Below, in pieces: positions 25,901 to 38,377 of a DNA stretch of 64,000 nucleotides. The first letter of the stretch is position 1. Every line of letters begins with the position of its first letter. The stretch covers positions 36,208,001-36,272,000 of the forward strand of contig NC_082727.1 of the NCBI RefSeq assembly GCF_030144855.1. Reading direction: 5' to 3'. The notes below the pieces were generated by a model that saw only the letters and a list, made by a program, of their open reading frames with translations, was not told the origin of the DNA and searched no databases. The stretch is from Hypanus sabinus (taxonomy: Eukaryota). Made by a program: the position numbers and the translations under genes.

Positions 25901-26640
25901 GACTACAATACCTCCTGGTAAAGGGGTGTTAAGGGGCTCGAGTAACATTTTATGGTCACTACCGGCATCTCCAGTGGCCTTGCTAGCCACAATGGTGACT
26001 ACAGATCCAGCAGGTATGTGCTCAATATCTTTTCCCGATACTTGGACGACTGCTTTACTTTTAGTAGCGTGCATCTGCACTTTCCGGAAAGCATCTCTCC
26101 AATCAGAATCCAGCTTCCCTTCTAGGGCAGTGTCAATCTCTGCGTAGACAAGTTGCCTACACTGGCTGATAATGTTCATGCCTACAATACATGGGATAGG
26201 TGGTGCAGTGCCAACAGGATCCCTGACTACTAGAAAGCCACAATTTGGTATTTTCATGCCTATTGCTTGAACCTCTAGATCTAGATACCCAAGGTAAGTA
26301 ATATCAAGACAGTTTGCAGCTGTTAGCCTAAGCCAGCCAGCAGTGGACAACATATCCTCGACCCCTCTATTCGAGTGTTCTCGAAAGAGCTGTTCGGTCA
26401 GGGTGCTTACTTGACTACCTGTGTCCAACAGACAACGGACAGCGACACCTGATATTTCAAGCTCCTATCATGTTCCTATCATGCATTGCAGCAACTGGTC
26501 ACGGGGTAGTGGTACATCCTCCATATCTATGAGGTTCCGCCAAATTGCCTGACTCGTAACCTCTTGAGAGCAGGAGGAGGCAGACTCCACTTCCCTAGCT
26601 GCAGTGTAGGCTTAGTTTCCCATTTAAGAGTTTTAGTTCA
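19968..26640 (-). mobile_element. Ty3/Gypsy LTR retrotransposon (PR-RT-RH-INT), degenerate, 5' part missing, interrupted by an L1
   Basis: Protease LLDTGSQVS (~26430). RT YASPVVLVRKADGS, DYRRLN, MPFG..N..ATFQRLM. RNase H VETDGS, YSSMKLE. Integrase VAVDFT, LYSDLGRNFES, GNAQCEHFNRT. PPT GCAGGGGAGAA next to the LTR edge at 20336. Outer boundaries are approximate. Confidence 0.9.
23858..25827 (-). mobile_element. L1 LINE, 5'-truncated, inserted in Gypsy pol
   Basis: ORF2 C-terminal motifs GRVNAVKMNIFSRLQYLFQ and GGLQLPNF. A-rich tail at the left end. TSD ATAAATCCTCCCT (23845-57) / ATATATCCTCTCT (25828-40). Confidence 0.9.
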
Positions 26641-26779
26641 CAGCCCTGTTTGGCCTGTTTATTGTTTTATTTTCCCTTCAACACTGTTCACATTAAAGTT
26701 TTGAGAACTATCGACCTGCTTCAGTGGCTCTCACTCTGTACTTGGGCCATATCCGAACCTGGTGACACAAACTGAGAAC

Positions 26780-26905
26780 AGCGTGATCATGGAAGTAGTA
26801 GAGGGCTTGAACCAACGTGCCAAAACAGAAGCTGGGATTGGAATTAAAATATTTGGCCACCAGGAAATCCTTTTCGTTGTGGATGGAGCGAAGGGTGCTT
26901 GACAA
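26780..26905 (-). mobile_element. Penelope-like element fragment (GIY-YIG endonuclease C-terminal region)
   Basis: Translation LRSIHNEKDFLVAKYFNS resembles the PLE motif EHLRSI...FPVA.HFNS. Confidence 0.5.
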
Positions 26906-27315
26906 AGGCAAAAATCAAGGAAAAGATATACTTTAAAAGTTAAAGTTCTAGTTGAATTTAATGGAAGTGCAGTTGACTGCTCTTGCCCAAATATCAAGAG
27001 CTAACCCTTTGTCTTCAGGATCTAGTGCTTTCCAGACATGTATGATGCATAGACCTTTGTCATGTATCCAGTCCATTTCATGTGTTGATTTTAACCAACG
27101 TTTCGATGACAAATCCTCCCATCGTCATCTTCATTGACATCTTGACTCGGTGGAAGCCCGAGAGGAGTTTATATGTTATTTGTCTTCAGTTTGTCATGGT
27201 TTATTGTGTTCCATTTATTTCTTATCTTGTTAAAGTTGTATGACTTAGAAGTTAAAACCAAGGTTTGTGAAACTGCCCCCTGCATCTCAAAGCAATCTTA
27301 AAATACCATTATATT

Positions 27316-29289
27316 ATAGACAATAGATGCAGAAGTAGACCATTCAGCCCTTCGAGCCTGCACCGCCATTTTGAGATCATGGCTGATCATCTACCATCAA
27401 TAGCCGGTTCCTGCCTTGTCCCCATATCCCTTGATTCCCCTATCCATAAAATACCTATCTAGCTCCTTCTTGAAAGCATCCAGAGAATTGGCTTCCACTG
27501 CCTTCCGAGGCAGTGCATTCCAGACCCCCACAACTCTCTGGGAGAAGAAGTTTTTCCTTAACTCTGTCCTAAATGACCAACCCCTTATTCTCAAAACATG
27601 CCCTCTGGTATTGGACTCTCCCAGCATCTGGAACACATTTCCTGCCTCCATCTTGTCCAATCCCTTAATAATGTTAATAATGTTGCAATCAGATGCCCTC
27701 TCAATCTCCTTAATTCCAGCATGTACAAGCCCAGTCTCTCTAACCTTTCTGCGTAAGACAGTCTGGACATCCCAGGAATTAACCTCGTGAATCTACGCTG
27801 CACTTCCTCTACAGCCAGGATGTCCTTCCTTAACCCTGGAGACCAAAACTGTACACAATACTCCAGGTGTGGTCTCACCAGGGCCCTATACAAATGCAAA
27901 AGGATTTCCTTGCTCTTGTACTCAATTCCCTTTGTAATAAAGGCCAACATTCCATTAGCTTTCTTTACTGCCTGCTGCACTTGCTCATTCACCTTCAGTA
28001 ACTGATGAACAAGGATTCCTAGATCTCTTTGTATTTCTCCCTTACTTAACTCTACACCATTCAGATAATAATCTGCCTTCCTGTTCTTACTCCCAAAGTG
28101 GATAACCTTACACTTATTCACATTAAACGTCATCTGCCCACTCACCCAGCCTATCCAAGTCACCCTGAATTCTCCTAACATCCTCATCACATGTCACACT
28201 GCCACCCAGCTTAGTATCATCAGCAAACTTGCTGATGTTATTCTCAATGCATTCATCTAAATCATTGATGTAAATCATAAACAGCTGTGGTCCCAATACC
28301 AAGCCATGTGGCACCACACTAGTCACCACCTGCCATTCCGAGAAACACCCATTCACTGTTACCCTTTGCTTTCTATCTGCCAAACAGTTTTCTATCCATG
28401 TCAATATCTTCCCCCCAATGCCATGAGTGATTTTACCCACCAATCTCCTATGTGGGGCCTTATCAAATGCCTTCTGAAAATCGAGGTACACTACATCCAC
28501 TGGATCTCTCTTGTCTAACTTCCTGGTTACATCCTCAAAAAACTCCAATAGATTAGTCAAGCATGATTTGCCCTTGGTAAATCCATGCTGGCTTGGCCCA
28601 ATCCTATCACTGCAATCTAGATATGCCAATATTTCATCTTTAATAATGGAGTCTAGCATCTTCCCCACTACTGATGTTAGGCTGACAGGACGATAGTTCT
28701 CTGTTTTCTCCCTCCCTCCCTCCTTTCTTAAAAAGTGGGATAACATTAGCCATTCTCCAATCCTCAGGAACTGATCCTGAATCTAAGGAACATTGGAAAA
28801 TGATTACCAATGCATCCGCAATTTCCAGGGCCACCTCCTTTAGTACCCTAGGATGTAGACCATCTGGACCTGGGGATTTGTCAGCCTTCAGTCCCATCAA
28901 TCTACTCATCACCGTTTCCTTCCTAATGTCAATCTGTTTCATTTCCTCTGTTACCCTATGTCCTTGGCCCATCCATACATCTGGGAGATTGCTTGTGTCT
29001 TCCCTAGTGAAGACAGATCTAAAGTACTTATTAAATTCTTCTGCCATTTCTCTGTTTCCCATAACAATTTCACCCAATTCATTCTTCAAGGGCCCAACAT
29101 TGTTCTTAACTATCTTCTTTCTCTTCACATACCTAAAAAAACTTTTGCTATCCTCCTTTATATTCCTGGCTAGCTTGCGCTCGTACCTCATTTTTTTCTC
29201 CCCGTATTGCCTTTTTAGTTAAGTTCTGTTGTTCCTTAAAAATTTCCCAATCATCTGTCCTCCCACTCACCTTAGCTCTGTCATATTTC
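27316..29289 (-). mobile_element. CR1 LINE, 5'-truncated, relatively young
   Basis: KSPGPDGLHPRVLKE, NYRPVSLTS, YLDFQKAFDK, KFADDTKLGG, RPHLEYCVQFW in long frameshifted ORFs; 3' tail at the left end. Confidence 0.92.
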
Positions 29290-29462
29290 CACTATTTTGC
29301 AAATTATGACCACTATTTGCATACGTTTCTTTCCTCCAGATTATTAACTAATTCAATATTCGGAACCAACTCTTTGGTTTGTTGCCTCACAGATTCCAAA
29401 ATAGTTCATGTAAGTTCATGGAACTTACAGCAAATTTTGGAATGATATCAAAATCAACTGTA

Positions 29463-29993
29463 GGTGGGGTGATTGATAAGTTCGTGGCCTAAGATAAACA
29501 GAATCACTTTTAGAAAACCTAGCATTTATTTTTCAACATAGTGCGTTCCTACATTTACACAGTTAGTCCAGTGGTTGTGGAGCATACGGATCCCTTCTTT
29601 GTTGAAGTCGGCGTCTTGGACCTCCAGAGGTGGTCCACAGCAGGCGTGATTGATGAGTTCGTGGCCTTGGGTAGAAGGAGATGAGTTATACGGCTCTGAT
29701 TATATGCACGTGGAGTTCAACTCTTTGAGAAATTATGTAGCAAGTTTGAAGTTAATAACTTTTGTGGTATTTCTGTTTCAGATAATTGAAAATTGCAAGT
29801 AAGCACTGTCTGAGAAAATGGACAACATTGGCCTTCATGCAGTCATCTGCTACCTCTGTCTCAAGGGCTTATCTCCCAAGGAGGTCCATGAGGACATGGT
29901 GGCAACACTAGGGGAGGGTGAAAAATGTATGTACTAGGTTTTCTAAAATTGACTCCTTCTACCTTAGGCTACGAATGTATCACTCACCCCTCA
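29463..29993 (+). mobile_element. Internally deleted mariner element
   Basis: TA-flanked TIRs (GGGGTGATTGATAAGTTCGTGGCCTAAG / CTTAGGCTACGAATGTATCACTCACCCC). Transposase N-terminus MDNIGLHAVICYLCLKGLSPKEVHEDMVATLGEG from 29818. Extra internal TIR copy at ~29645. Confidence 0.8.
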
Positions 29994-30009
29994 TACATTA
30001 TTTTGTTTC

Positions 30010-32660
30010 TTCTGATATTCCTGCAAAGATTTGGGAAATACAGGGACTCCATGGTCTCCCTACATTTGTGGAAAGTGCTCCCAGCTGACAAACCAGGTCG
30101 AGGATCAGGAGGTGCAGTTGGATATGCTCAGGATCATCTGGGAAGCTGAGGATATAGATGAGAGTTTTAGTGAGTGGCCAAACCCAAGGGTGACCATGAG
30201 GAGGAGTAATGGGAGTAGGCAGGCATTGCAGGGTACCCTTGTGGTGGTTACCTATAGAAATGGGTATACCTCTTGGAATGCAACTGGGGGAAGGGTAATA
30301 AACTTTGAGAAGACAGCAATAACCTTTCAGCAGACAGTGGCAGAGACAGTGATACTGTGCCTAGCTCTGAGAAAAAGCAGAGTAGGAGGAAGTCATAGAA
30401 TGATAATGATGGGTGACTTGATAGTAAGGAATGCAGATAGGCACTTATGTGGCCACAATTGGGACGCAAGTGGATTTGCTGCCTCTCTGTCGCCAGGGTC
30501 AAAGATGTCTTACAGCAGGTACAGGACGTTCTGAGTGGGGAGGGAGAGCAGCCAGAAGTTGTGGCCCACATTGGTCCCTAACACATAGCCAGGATCAAGG
30601 ATGAGGCCCTGCAAAGGGATTTTCAGGAGGTAGGTAGAATGCGAAAAAGCTGGATGTCCAGGAATATAATCTCAGGATTATGGCTTGTGTTAGTGAGGTA
30701 TGAAATAGATACATGCCTCAGTTCAATTTGTGGCTTACAGGCTGTTGTAGGAGGGAAACGTTCAGATTTATGGATCATTGGGTTCCCTTTCAAGCCGGGG
30801 AGACCTTCACAAACAAGACAATTTGCATCGGAATTGGAGGGGAACTAATACTGTTGGTGGGAAGTTTGCCAGTGCAGTTTAGGACGATTAAACTAGACTC
30901 AGGCCACATGGAATTACAATGATATTGCCATTACAGAGACATGATTGCACATGGGACAGGACTGGCTGCCTAACTTACTCGGGTTTCATTGTTTCAGATG
31001 TCCGGGGGGGGGGGGGAGGGTGTAAAGGATGTAGAGGGGTTGCATTACTGGTAGGGGAGAATGTCACAGCATTACAGAGAGAGGGAGAGGGAGCGAGATG
31101 GAGGGGAAAGGGAGGGGGAGGGCAGAGGGGGAAGGACGGTAGGGGTTGGGAGGGCATTAAGAGGGATGGAGTTAGAGAGAGATAAACTGTACTGATCTAG
31201 ATCAGCCTGTGTAAGACATCTCCATGCCAGTCATGTGGGAATTGTTTGAAGACCAGCTGATCTGAGTTCAGGGTTTGCATGTGCTATAAGAAGTGAACAC
31301 AAGGATGGTAAGTTAAGGGTCAAGGAATGTCCTTGGTGAACAGGATTGAGGAACCCAAGGCGTGTTCAGCTCTTATGAAGAAAAAGGGCATAACAAAAGA
31401 AGGTATGAAGGATAGATATATAAAGAGGGTATATAAGGTTAAAGGAAGAAACTTATGAGATGTATCAGAGAAGTGGCTGAGGTACTAAATAAGTACTTTG
31501 TACTGATCTTTATAGAGAAGAAGAATTCTGAGGATAATAAAGCCAGAGTGGAACATACAAATGTGCTGGGACACTCTACGGTTAAGGGGGTAGTGCTAGA
31601 TTCTTCTTCTATAAAGCATTAAAGTGGATAAGTTTGAGGAGCTTGATGGCTGTATATTGAAAGAAGCAACTGAGGAGATTGCTGGGGTTTTGACAAAGAC
31701 TTTTGTATCCTCATGAGCAACGGACAAGGTCCAAATAACCGGAAAGTAACAAATATTGTGCTTTATTCAAGAAAGTTAGTCAGGATAACTCAGGACGGGA
31801 TTAATCAGGAGAGGCCACACAGCCTCACGTTGGTGGTAGGGCAGATGTTGGAGAGGACGCTGAGTAAAAGGAGTTATACACATTTGCAATGGCCTGTTCT
31901 CCTCAGAGAGAGTCCGAATGGCTTTCTGCAGGGTAGGTCATGACTTAAAAACTTGAATGAGATTTTTGAGGTGGTGACAAAGGAACACATTGAAGGTAAG
32001 TCAATGGACATTATCTGCAAGGTTTTCAGTATGACATTTGATCAGGACCCTCATGGTAAGCTGAATCTCATGTTATGTTAATTCACAAGTTGAAAATGCA
32101 TGCAATCCAGGGTGAATTGTATGTATGGGTTCAGAACTGGCTTACCTGTGGAAGACCAAGAGTCGGGGTGGAAGTCGGCTGTTCCTGCTGGAGATTCATG
32201 ACCAGTGGTGTTCCCAGGGATTAGTGCTGGCATTTGTACTGTTTGTGACTATATATCAATGATTTTGATGAAAATATTGACAGATGGATTTGCAAGTTTG
32301 TGGAGGTCACAAGATTGGTGGAATTGTGCAGAGTGTGGAGGACTATCAATTAATATATTGTGATATAGATCAGTTAACAATATGGGCAGAAAAGTTCAGA
32401 AGAAGATTAATTTAGACAAGTGTGAGTTGTATTCAGGGATGTCAAATGAAAGGACAATGTATGTAGCTAATGGTCATCCCCCAAACAGCGTTGAGGTTTG
32501 GAGGGATCTTGGGGTCCTGATAGTTCACTGAAAGTAGCAGTGCAAGTGGCTAAGGTTGTAAAGAAGGCATAAGGCATGCTTACCTTCATTGCTGGGATAT
32601 TGTGTATATGAGTAGGGAAGTCATGCTGTAGCTGTATTAAACTTTAGTCAGATCTCATTT
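30010..32660 (+). mobile_element. Old degenerate CR1 (ORF1 esterase-like region plus ORF2 remnants)
   Basis: ICGKCSQL, MGDLIVR, EQPEVVAHIG (ORF1); GVALLV (EN); RT remnants to ~32660. Confidence 0.75.
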
Positions 32661-34020
32661 GGAAAGAAATACCTGCAGTCCTTCATTCGTCTGTTCTTAA
32701 TCTAAATTAGCACAATGCATTCAGCCTTTATCTGGGAACTGAAATGGTAATAAATGTTTCACCACATAGACAGTCAGCTTTGAATAAATCTAGCACTTTT
32801 AGTGGTTTTGGTTTCTTCTTCCAAACACCCGTGTTGTGTCCAATCTTAGTGTAAACATCAGAAGTTTGTAGCTGATACCACCATAGTGGGTCGTATCTCA
32901 AATAGCAATAATGGCATGGGGTCATGATAACAACCTTTCATTCAATGTCAATAAAATAAAAGAGCTGATTATAGATTTTAGGAAGTGGGGTTGTCACACA
33001 CTCCTGTTTATATTAATGATACTGAGGTTGAGAGAGTTGAGACTTCAACTTCCCAGCAGTGAACATCTCCAGTGGTTTGTCCTGGTCCAACACAGAGATG
33101 CCATGGCTAAGGAAGCTCACCAGTGTCTCTACTGTTGAGGATTGTGGACACAACTCAGCACCGGACTGAAAACCAGCTGTCTATCCGGTGACTCTGTCGA
33201 CACTGCCCACTGCCTCAGTAAAGCTGACAGCATAATCAAAGACCCCACATACACCACAGACATTCTTTCTTTCCCCCAACCTCCACATTGGGCAGAAGAT
33301 GCAAAAGCCCCAAAGCATGTGCTACCAGACTCAAGGACAAGTTCTATTATTTATTTATTTATTGAGCGGCATCGTGCTGTAGGGCCATTCTGGCTCTTCG
33401 AGCCATGCTGCCCAGCAACCCCCCATTTTATCCGAGCCTGACCATGGGACAGTTTTACAATGGGCAATTAACCCACCAACTGGTACATCGTTGGACTATG
33501 GGAGGAAACCAGCTCTCCCGATGAAATCCCACAAGGTCACAGTAAGAAGATACCTATCCTTACTGGTAGTGGCATGAATTGAACCCGGGTCATCCGTACT
33601 GTAATTCATGGTGCTAACCACTGCTATTAGATGATTAAATGGTTTCCTAGTATAATAATATGGACTCTTGTCCTCACAATCTACCTTGTATGTCTTTGCA
33701 CTTTATTGTTTGCCTGCACTGAACTTTTCATGCTTGAAACTTTATTTCTAGCAGTGAACATCAGCAATAGCCTGTCTTGGTCTCACCACCTACACAAATA
33801 TATACGGACATGTAATTGAATCCATCAAAAGAATCACAGGTGATTCTCACAGATCATCCTCACAGATGAGTACAATAGTCATTAGAAAGTGACCTGCAAG
33901 CTAGCTTCACTTGCTGAGTGTCCTGAGCTCCTCCTCCTCCTCCTCCTCCTCATATTTCCCCTCAATAAAATCTTTAATAACTGAGCTCTCCCTTGGAAAG
34001 ACCAATATCCAAGTTTCCAC

Positions 34021-34715
34021 ACTCTGGGAGTGTGCCTGAATGAGTACTGGAAAGCCTGGTTGGCAAATCTGTGAGCTGAAATCATGGACAATAATGTGTG
34101 AGAAAACCCCTGAGGAAACTGATCCTTTGAGGCCTGAAGTAAACACTTCGCGTCCTCCGTGTCACCTAGCAGTCTCGATCTTCTGAAATGATCAAATCAT
34201 GTCCAGCTTAATGACATGGGAATTCGTCCAATGGGAGATTTAGGCCTCAGTCAACATACTTCCATACATTAAAAAAAATATAGCATTTTCCACAGGATCT
34301 CTCAATGCAGACAATTCTTTAGCTAAATTTGGGATTTTCTTCAGCTACTTCTTTTATGATTTCTGCTCTCTGGGAAGTTGTTGCTTTGTCTGAATGAGTT
34401 CTGGGAAGATTCATCAGAAAATCTGTGAGTTGAAAACATGGACAGTACCACGCAAGAAGACCCCTGAGGAAGCCCATCCTCTAAACCCTCAAGTGAGAAT
34501 TTCTGGTCCTCCGTGTTACCAAGCAGTCCCGATCTTCTGAAATGATCAAATCTTGTCCTGCTTTATGACATAGGAATTTGTCAAATGGGAGATTTAGGCA
34601 TCAGTCAACAAACTTCCATACATTAAATACATAGTATTTTCCACAGGATTTCCCAATTCATCGAATTCTTTAGCTACTTTGGGGATTTTCTTCAGCTACT
34701 TATTTTATGACGTCT
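34021..34715 (+). repeat. Tandem duplication of a ~345-bp unit in the IFIT-B upstream flank
   Basis: Two diverged copies (~34021-34365 and ~34366-34715). Only one copy is present in the A flank (~12730-13090). Confidence 0.75.
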
Positions 34716-34960
34716 GAAAGTTTAGAAGTGCAACTCAATGTTAACGCATAGGTTTTGTCCCATGGTATCATTCAACAGTTTATTGGTTGTTGCTGTCAAC
34801 TTTCTTAGAAATACTTGGTTTATCACTCATCATATTCACTCCCTGGGCTCTCTCTCTGAATGGGCATCAGATCGTTGATCTGATTGGAATCCAGAATTTC
34901 CCCTTGCATTTTCCATTCTCTCTCTTTCTGATTCCCCATTATTCTTCCTTAAAACTCTTT

Positions 34961-37900
34961 ATGTCTTGAGCTGATGGAGCAAGTTTATTATCATGCTCGG
35001 TTTGAGCGAAGACTGACTGACCCAGCGTCTTGTCGGTTACTTTACGTTTGTTAAAGCCTTGTCGTGCTTCCTTGATACACATGAAACTTGTGCAGGGTTG
35101 AAAAATTGAATGGCAGCCACTCTCTAGCACATTGGTCTTGAGTGTGCTAACCGTTGGTTTGTGTACCTTGCCAAGGCACACCTCTCCTATCACCACCCAT
35201 CCTAGATCCAGGCGTTGCGCAAAGTGGGCGTCGTGTGGTCCATTGACCTGCTGTCTAACCTTGTGCACCCAAAGAACATCTCTTCCTAATAGCAGGAGTA
35301 TTTCTGCTGTTGGATCCAGTTCTGGGATGTGTTTGGCGATGTGGTGGAGATGTGGCTGGTGTAGCACTGCGCTTGGCATCGGGATCTCAGTGCGGTTATT
35401 CAAAATTTCATTGCACTCTAAGAGTGGAGGGAGACAGATGATGACTTTACCATCCAGGGACGAGCTGGAAGACTTCTGCCTTCCTTCCATGAGTTTCTAC
35501 ATTGCCTGAGCAAGTTCTAAGGTAGTATGGAAACTGATCACTCTCAATGTGGAACAATTTAAAGAACTCTGGACTGACTAGTGAGCGATTGCCCTGATCG
35601 TCCAGAATTACATAGGCTTTGATGGCCTTGTCTTTGGCTCCTTTAGGGTACACCTTAGTGAGGCAGATCTTTGAACAAGAACGGCTTGACTGAGCTTGAC
35701 CGCAAACTTCTGTACAGCTCGAGCTGACAACAGTTGTCCTGGAGTGAGCCTCTCCCTCCCCACTGTCCTGTTGTGGGGGTGAAGGAGCGTTGTCGGTTTG
35801 CGGTAACGGGCCGGGATGCATGGCCCGATCGTGATTAGTGCTATCACATTCCGGACACTTCACGGCGATCGTACACTCTCTAGCAAAGTGAGAGGTCGAG
35901 GAACAGCATTTAAAACATATTCATTTCTCCTTGAAAGGGCCATCCTCTCTTCAAGGGGTTTTTCCCTAAATGTTCTGCATGTTCTGAGAGGGTGGGGTTT
36001 GTTATGCAATGGTCATTCCTTGCTAGGGTCGTGGTTAGTTGTAAAGACTTCAGTCTTAAGCACTGAGACGGGTTTATTAATGTCGAAATTATTCGAAGAG
36101 GATTTATCTGGCTCGGTGTAAACTGTACTGCTTCCTTGACCCATGAGGCTAGAGTCGTTTTGCTTCTTCGCCTCCCTGCACACAAAACTAGTGAAATACT
36201 CAAAGGGAGGAAATCGACCATTGTGGTCTTCTTTGTACTCTGAGGCAACAGACACCCACCTGTCCTGCAGCCAAATGGAAGTTTGTCCACGATTTGTCTA
36301 ATCCCGGATGGAGTATCTAGGTATACTAGACCAGCTGAGTAGCCATCTTCTTTGGCGCCTTGAATCTCCATGAGTAAATCTCCGAGCTCCCTTAACTTGA
36401 TGTGATCTTTGGCTGACACCTTAAGAAAGTTTTCCAGACGTCGGTATAGCGCCGCTTCAATAATTTCAGGGGCCGCATAGCCCTCCCGAAGTCTCTCCCA
36501 TGCTTTGCTTAAGGCTAGCTCGGGTTTGTTGATGTACACTGAACGTATGCATCTCACCTGTTCGCATGATTCTTTCCCCAGCCATTTCGCCATAAGATCC
36601 AACTCTTGGGTTGCTCTGAGCTGGAGTCCGTCGATAGCGTTGGTGAATGTGAAGTACCATGCATGGTAATTTTCAGGTTTGTCGTCGAACTGGTATAGTC
36701 CTGAAGTGACGAGATCTCGTCGTACTAAATACTGTGCCAGGGGTTCAATTGCAAGTGGCATGCGGCCTGGGGAAGTATGTCGGCAGGTATATGACTGAGG
36801 GCGTACGTCTGTTATGGAATTTGCTGTTCTGAATTCTGCCTTTGCCTCTCTTCTCACCAAATCTTGTAAGTTTGGTGTCGAGAAGTATTTGTCATCAGCC
36901 CTTTCATTCTTGACTACATCGCGGAGTTGCGAGGGTAAATTGTCTCCCTCAGATGGATGTGGTGCAATTGGGTCTCTCTGAGACTCCTCATGATGTGGGG
37001 TGTTATCAAATAAGTATGGAGTGGAAGAACGAATCTTCCAATCCGTTTGAGATTGGACATAGTCGCTTGTGCGTTCCAATCTGGTCTTTGCTGAAGTAGA
37101 TTTTACGTTAACCAGATCTTGCATTTCTTCAGCATCTTCTATGAACTCTGCTTCCATCCTGGCAGCAGCTTCTTCTCGTTCCAGAGTCAGCACTTCTAAC
37201 TCTGCCGCTTTCCTTGTCCTTTCCAGCTGGTTTTCGGCTTCTCTGGCAGCCGCTTCCATTTTCAATTTTGCTTCTCGTTTAGCGTAGCGCAGTCACACCT
37301 TGGCGGCTTCTGCCTTAGCTCTTGCATGGGCGGCCTTACTTGATGATGTCCTACTGCCCCCCTCGCTGGGTGACAACGACTTGACGCTGGATCGAGTTGT
37401 CATTGCAGTACTTGAAACACCTGATAATGCCGCTTTTTCACTGTAGTGTTCTCGCTCAGTGTGTAAGATAATGCTGAACTAAACACTGAGATAAACCGCA
37501 GTCAATATAAACAAGGTCGCAGTAAGATTAACCATTTACTGTTCATTCTTCCTCATTAATGTATGGCGAAAACTGTTGAATAAACAATACAAGATGTGTA
37601 CAGCAGTTGTTTCCTTCTTAATATTACATTTACATCATAAATACTTGCAAAGGTAAAACTACAACAACTACAGTACATTAAAGTGCAGCATATAGTCAGA
37701 ATCTACCTACACCATTGACTGCTTTAAATACACTTCAACGCAAACTATCCGCAACTCTTTAACTAACGAAAACATAAATCCTTTCAACCATCATTACTTT
37801 TAACAGGATCAGCGTTAACATTTTAATTCAACATATTGATTATCTCATGACTTACAGCATTGCCTTTACTATGTTTCTGGTGCGTAGAGAGAAAACTTTG

Positions 37901-38123
37901 CTGCTGCTTGCGCTCGCACATGTCTCGACGCTCACCTGCCTGTTTCTCCAAACCAGCATTTTCCCACAGGACGCAGTGAAACCGGATGTGACGTCATCGC
38001 ATGCCGCGATATCTCACAGACAATGAATTTATGTTAAACAATCCTAACTTTAACTAGAATGCTAACAAATGAATTACTAAGCAAAAATATTATAAATTAA
38101 ATAACTGCCATAAAGGCAACACA
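34961..38123 (-). mobile_element. BEL/Pao LTR retrotransposon, 5' half (LTR, gag, protease), truncated before RT
   Basis: LTR 37442-38123 (TG...CA). Gag from ATG at 37403 (one stop), containing FDDKPENY..W and KLRELGDLL. Cys/His knuckles. BEL protease YVILDDQGNRSL. LLLGRD and LDLGWVVIG motifs. Confidence 0.88.
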
Positions 38124-38375
38124 AAAATATTGTAAAAAGAAAGACATAAAGCACAGATGCTCACGGGCACAGGCCAGCTAGAATGCAGTTCTGGGGGAGG
38201 AGGTTGGCTGCTTGGGGCATGCGCTGCATTTTATCATGCACTTCTTTTTATCATGCGCTGCCTTTTTTCGTAACAGTAGAAACACCTTCTGTTAGTGAAA
38301 ACAGGTAGTTAATGTAGGTGTTTCATAACAGTGAAGTGTCGTAAAGCGAACACTTGAAAAACGTGGGGACACATG
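38124..38375. mobile_element. Tigger/pogo-like DNA transposon end
   Basis: Ends GTCGTAAAGCGAACACTTGAAAAACGTGGGGACACATG followed by TA, which is TIR-like. Confidence 0.55.
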
Positions 38376-38377
38376 TA

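Noticed and set aside
31000-31185. G-rich, G-quadruplex-like tract
   Set aside because: Low-complexity purine expansion inside a decayed CR1, with no sign of function.
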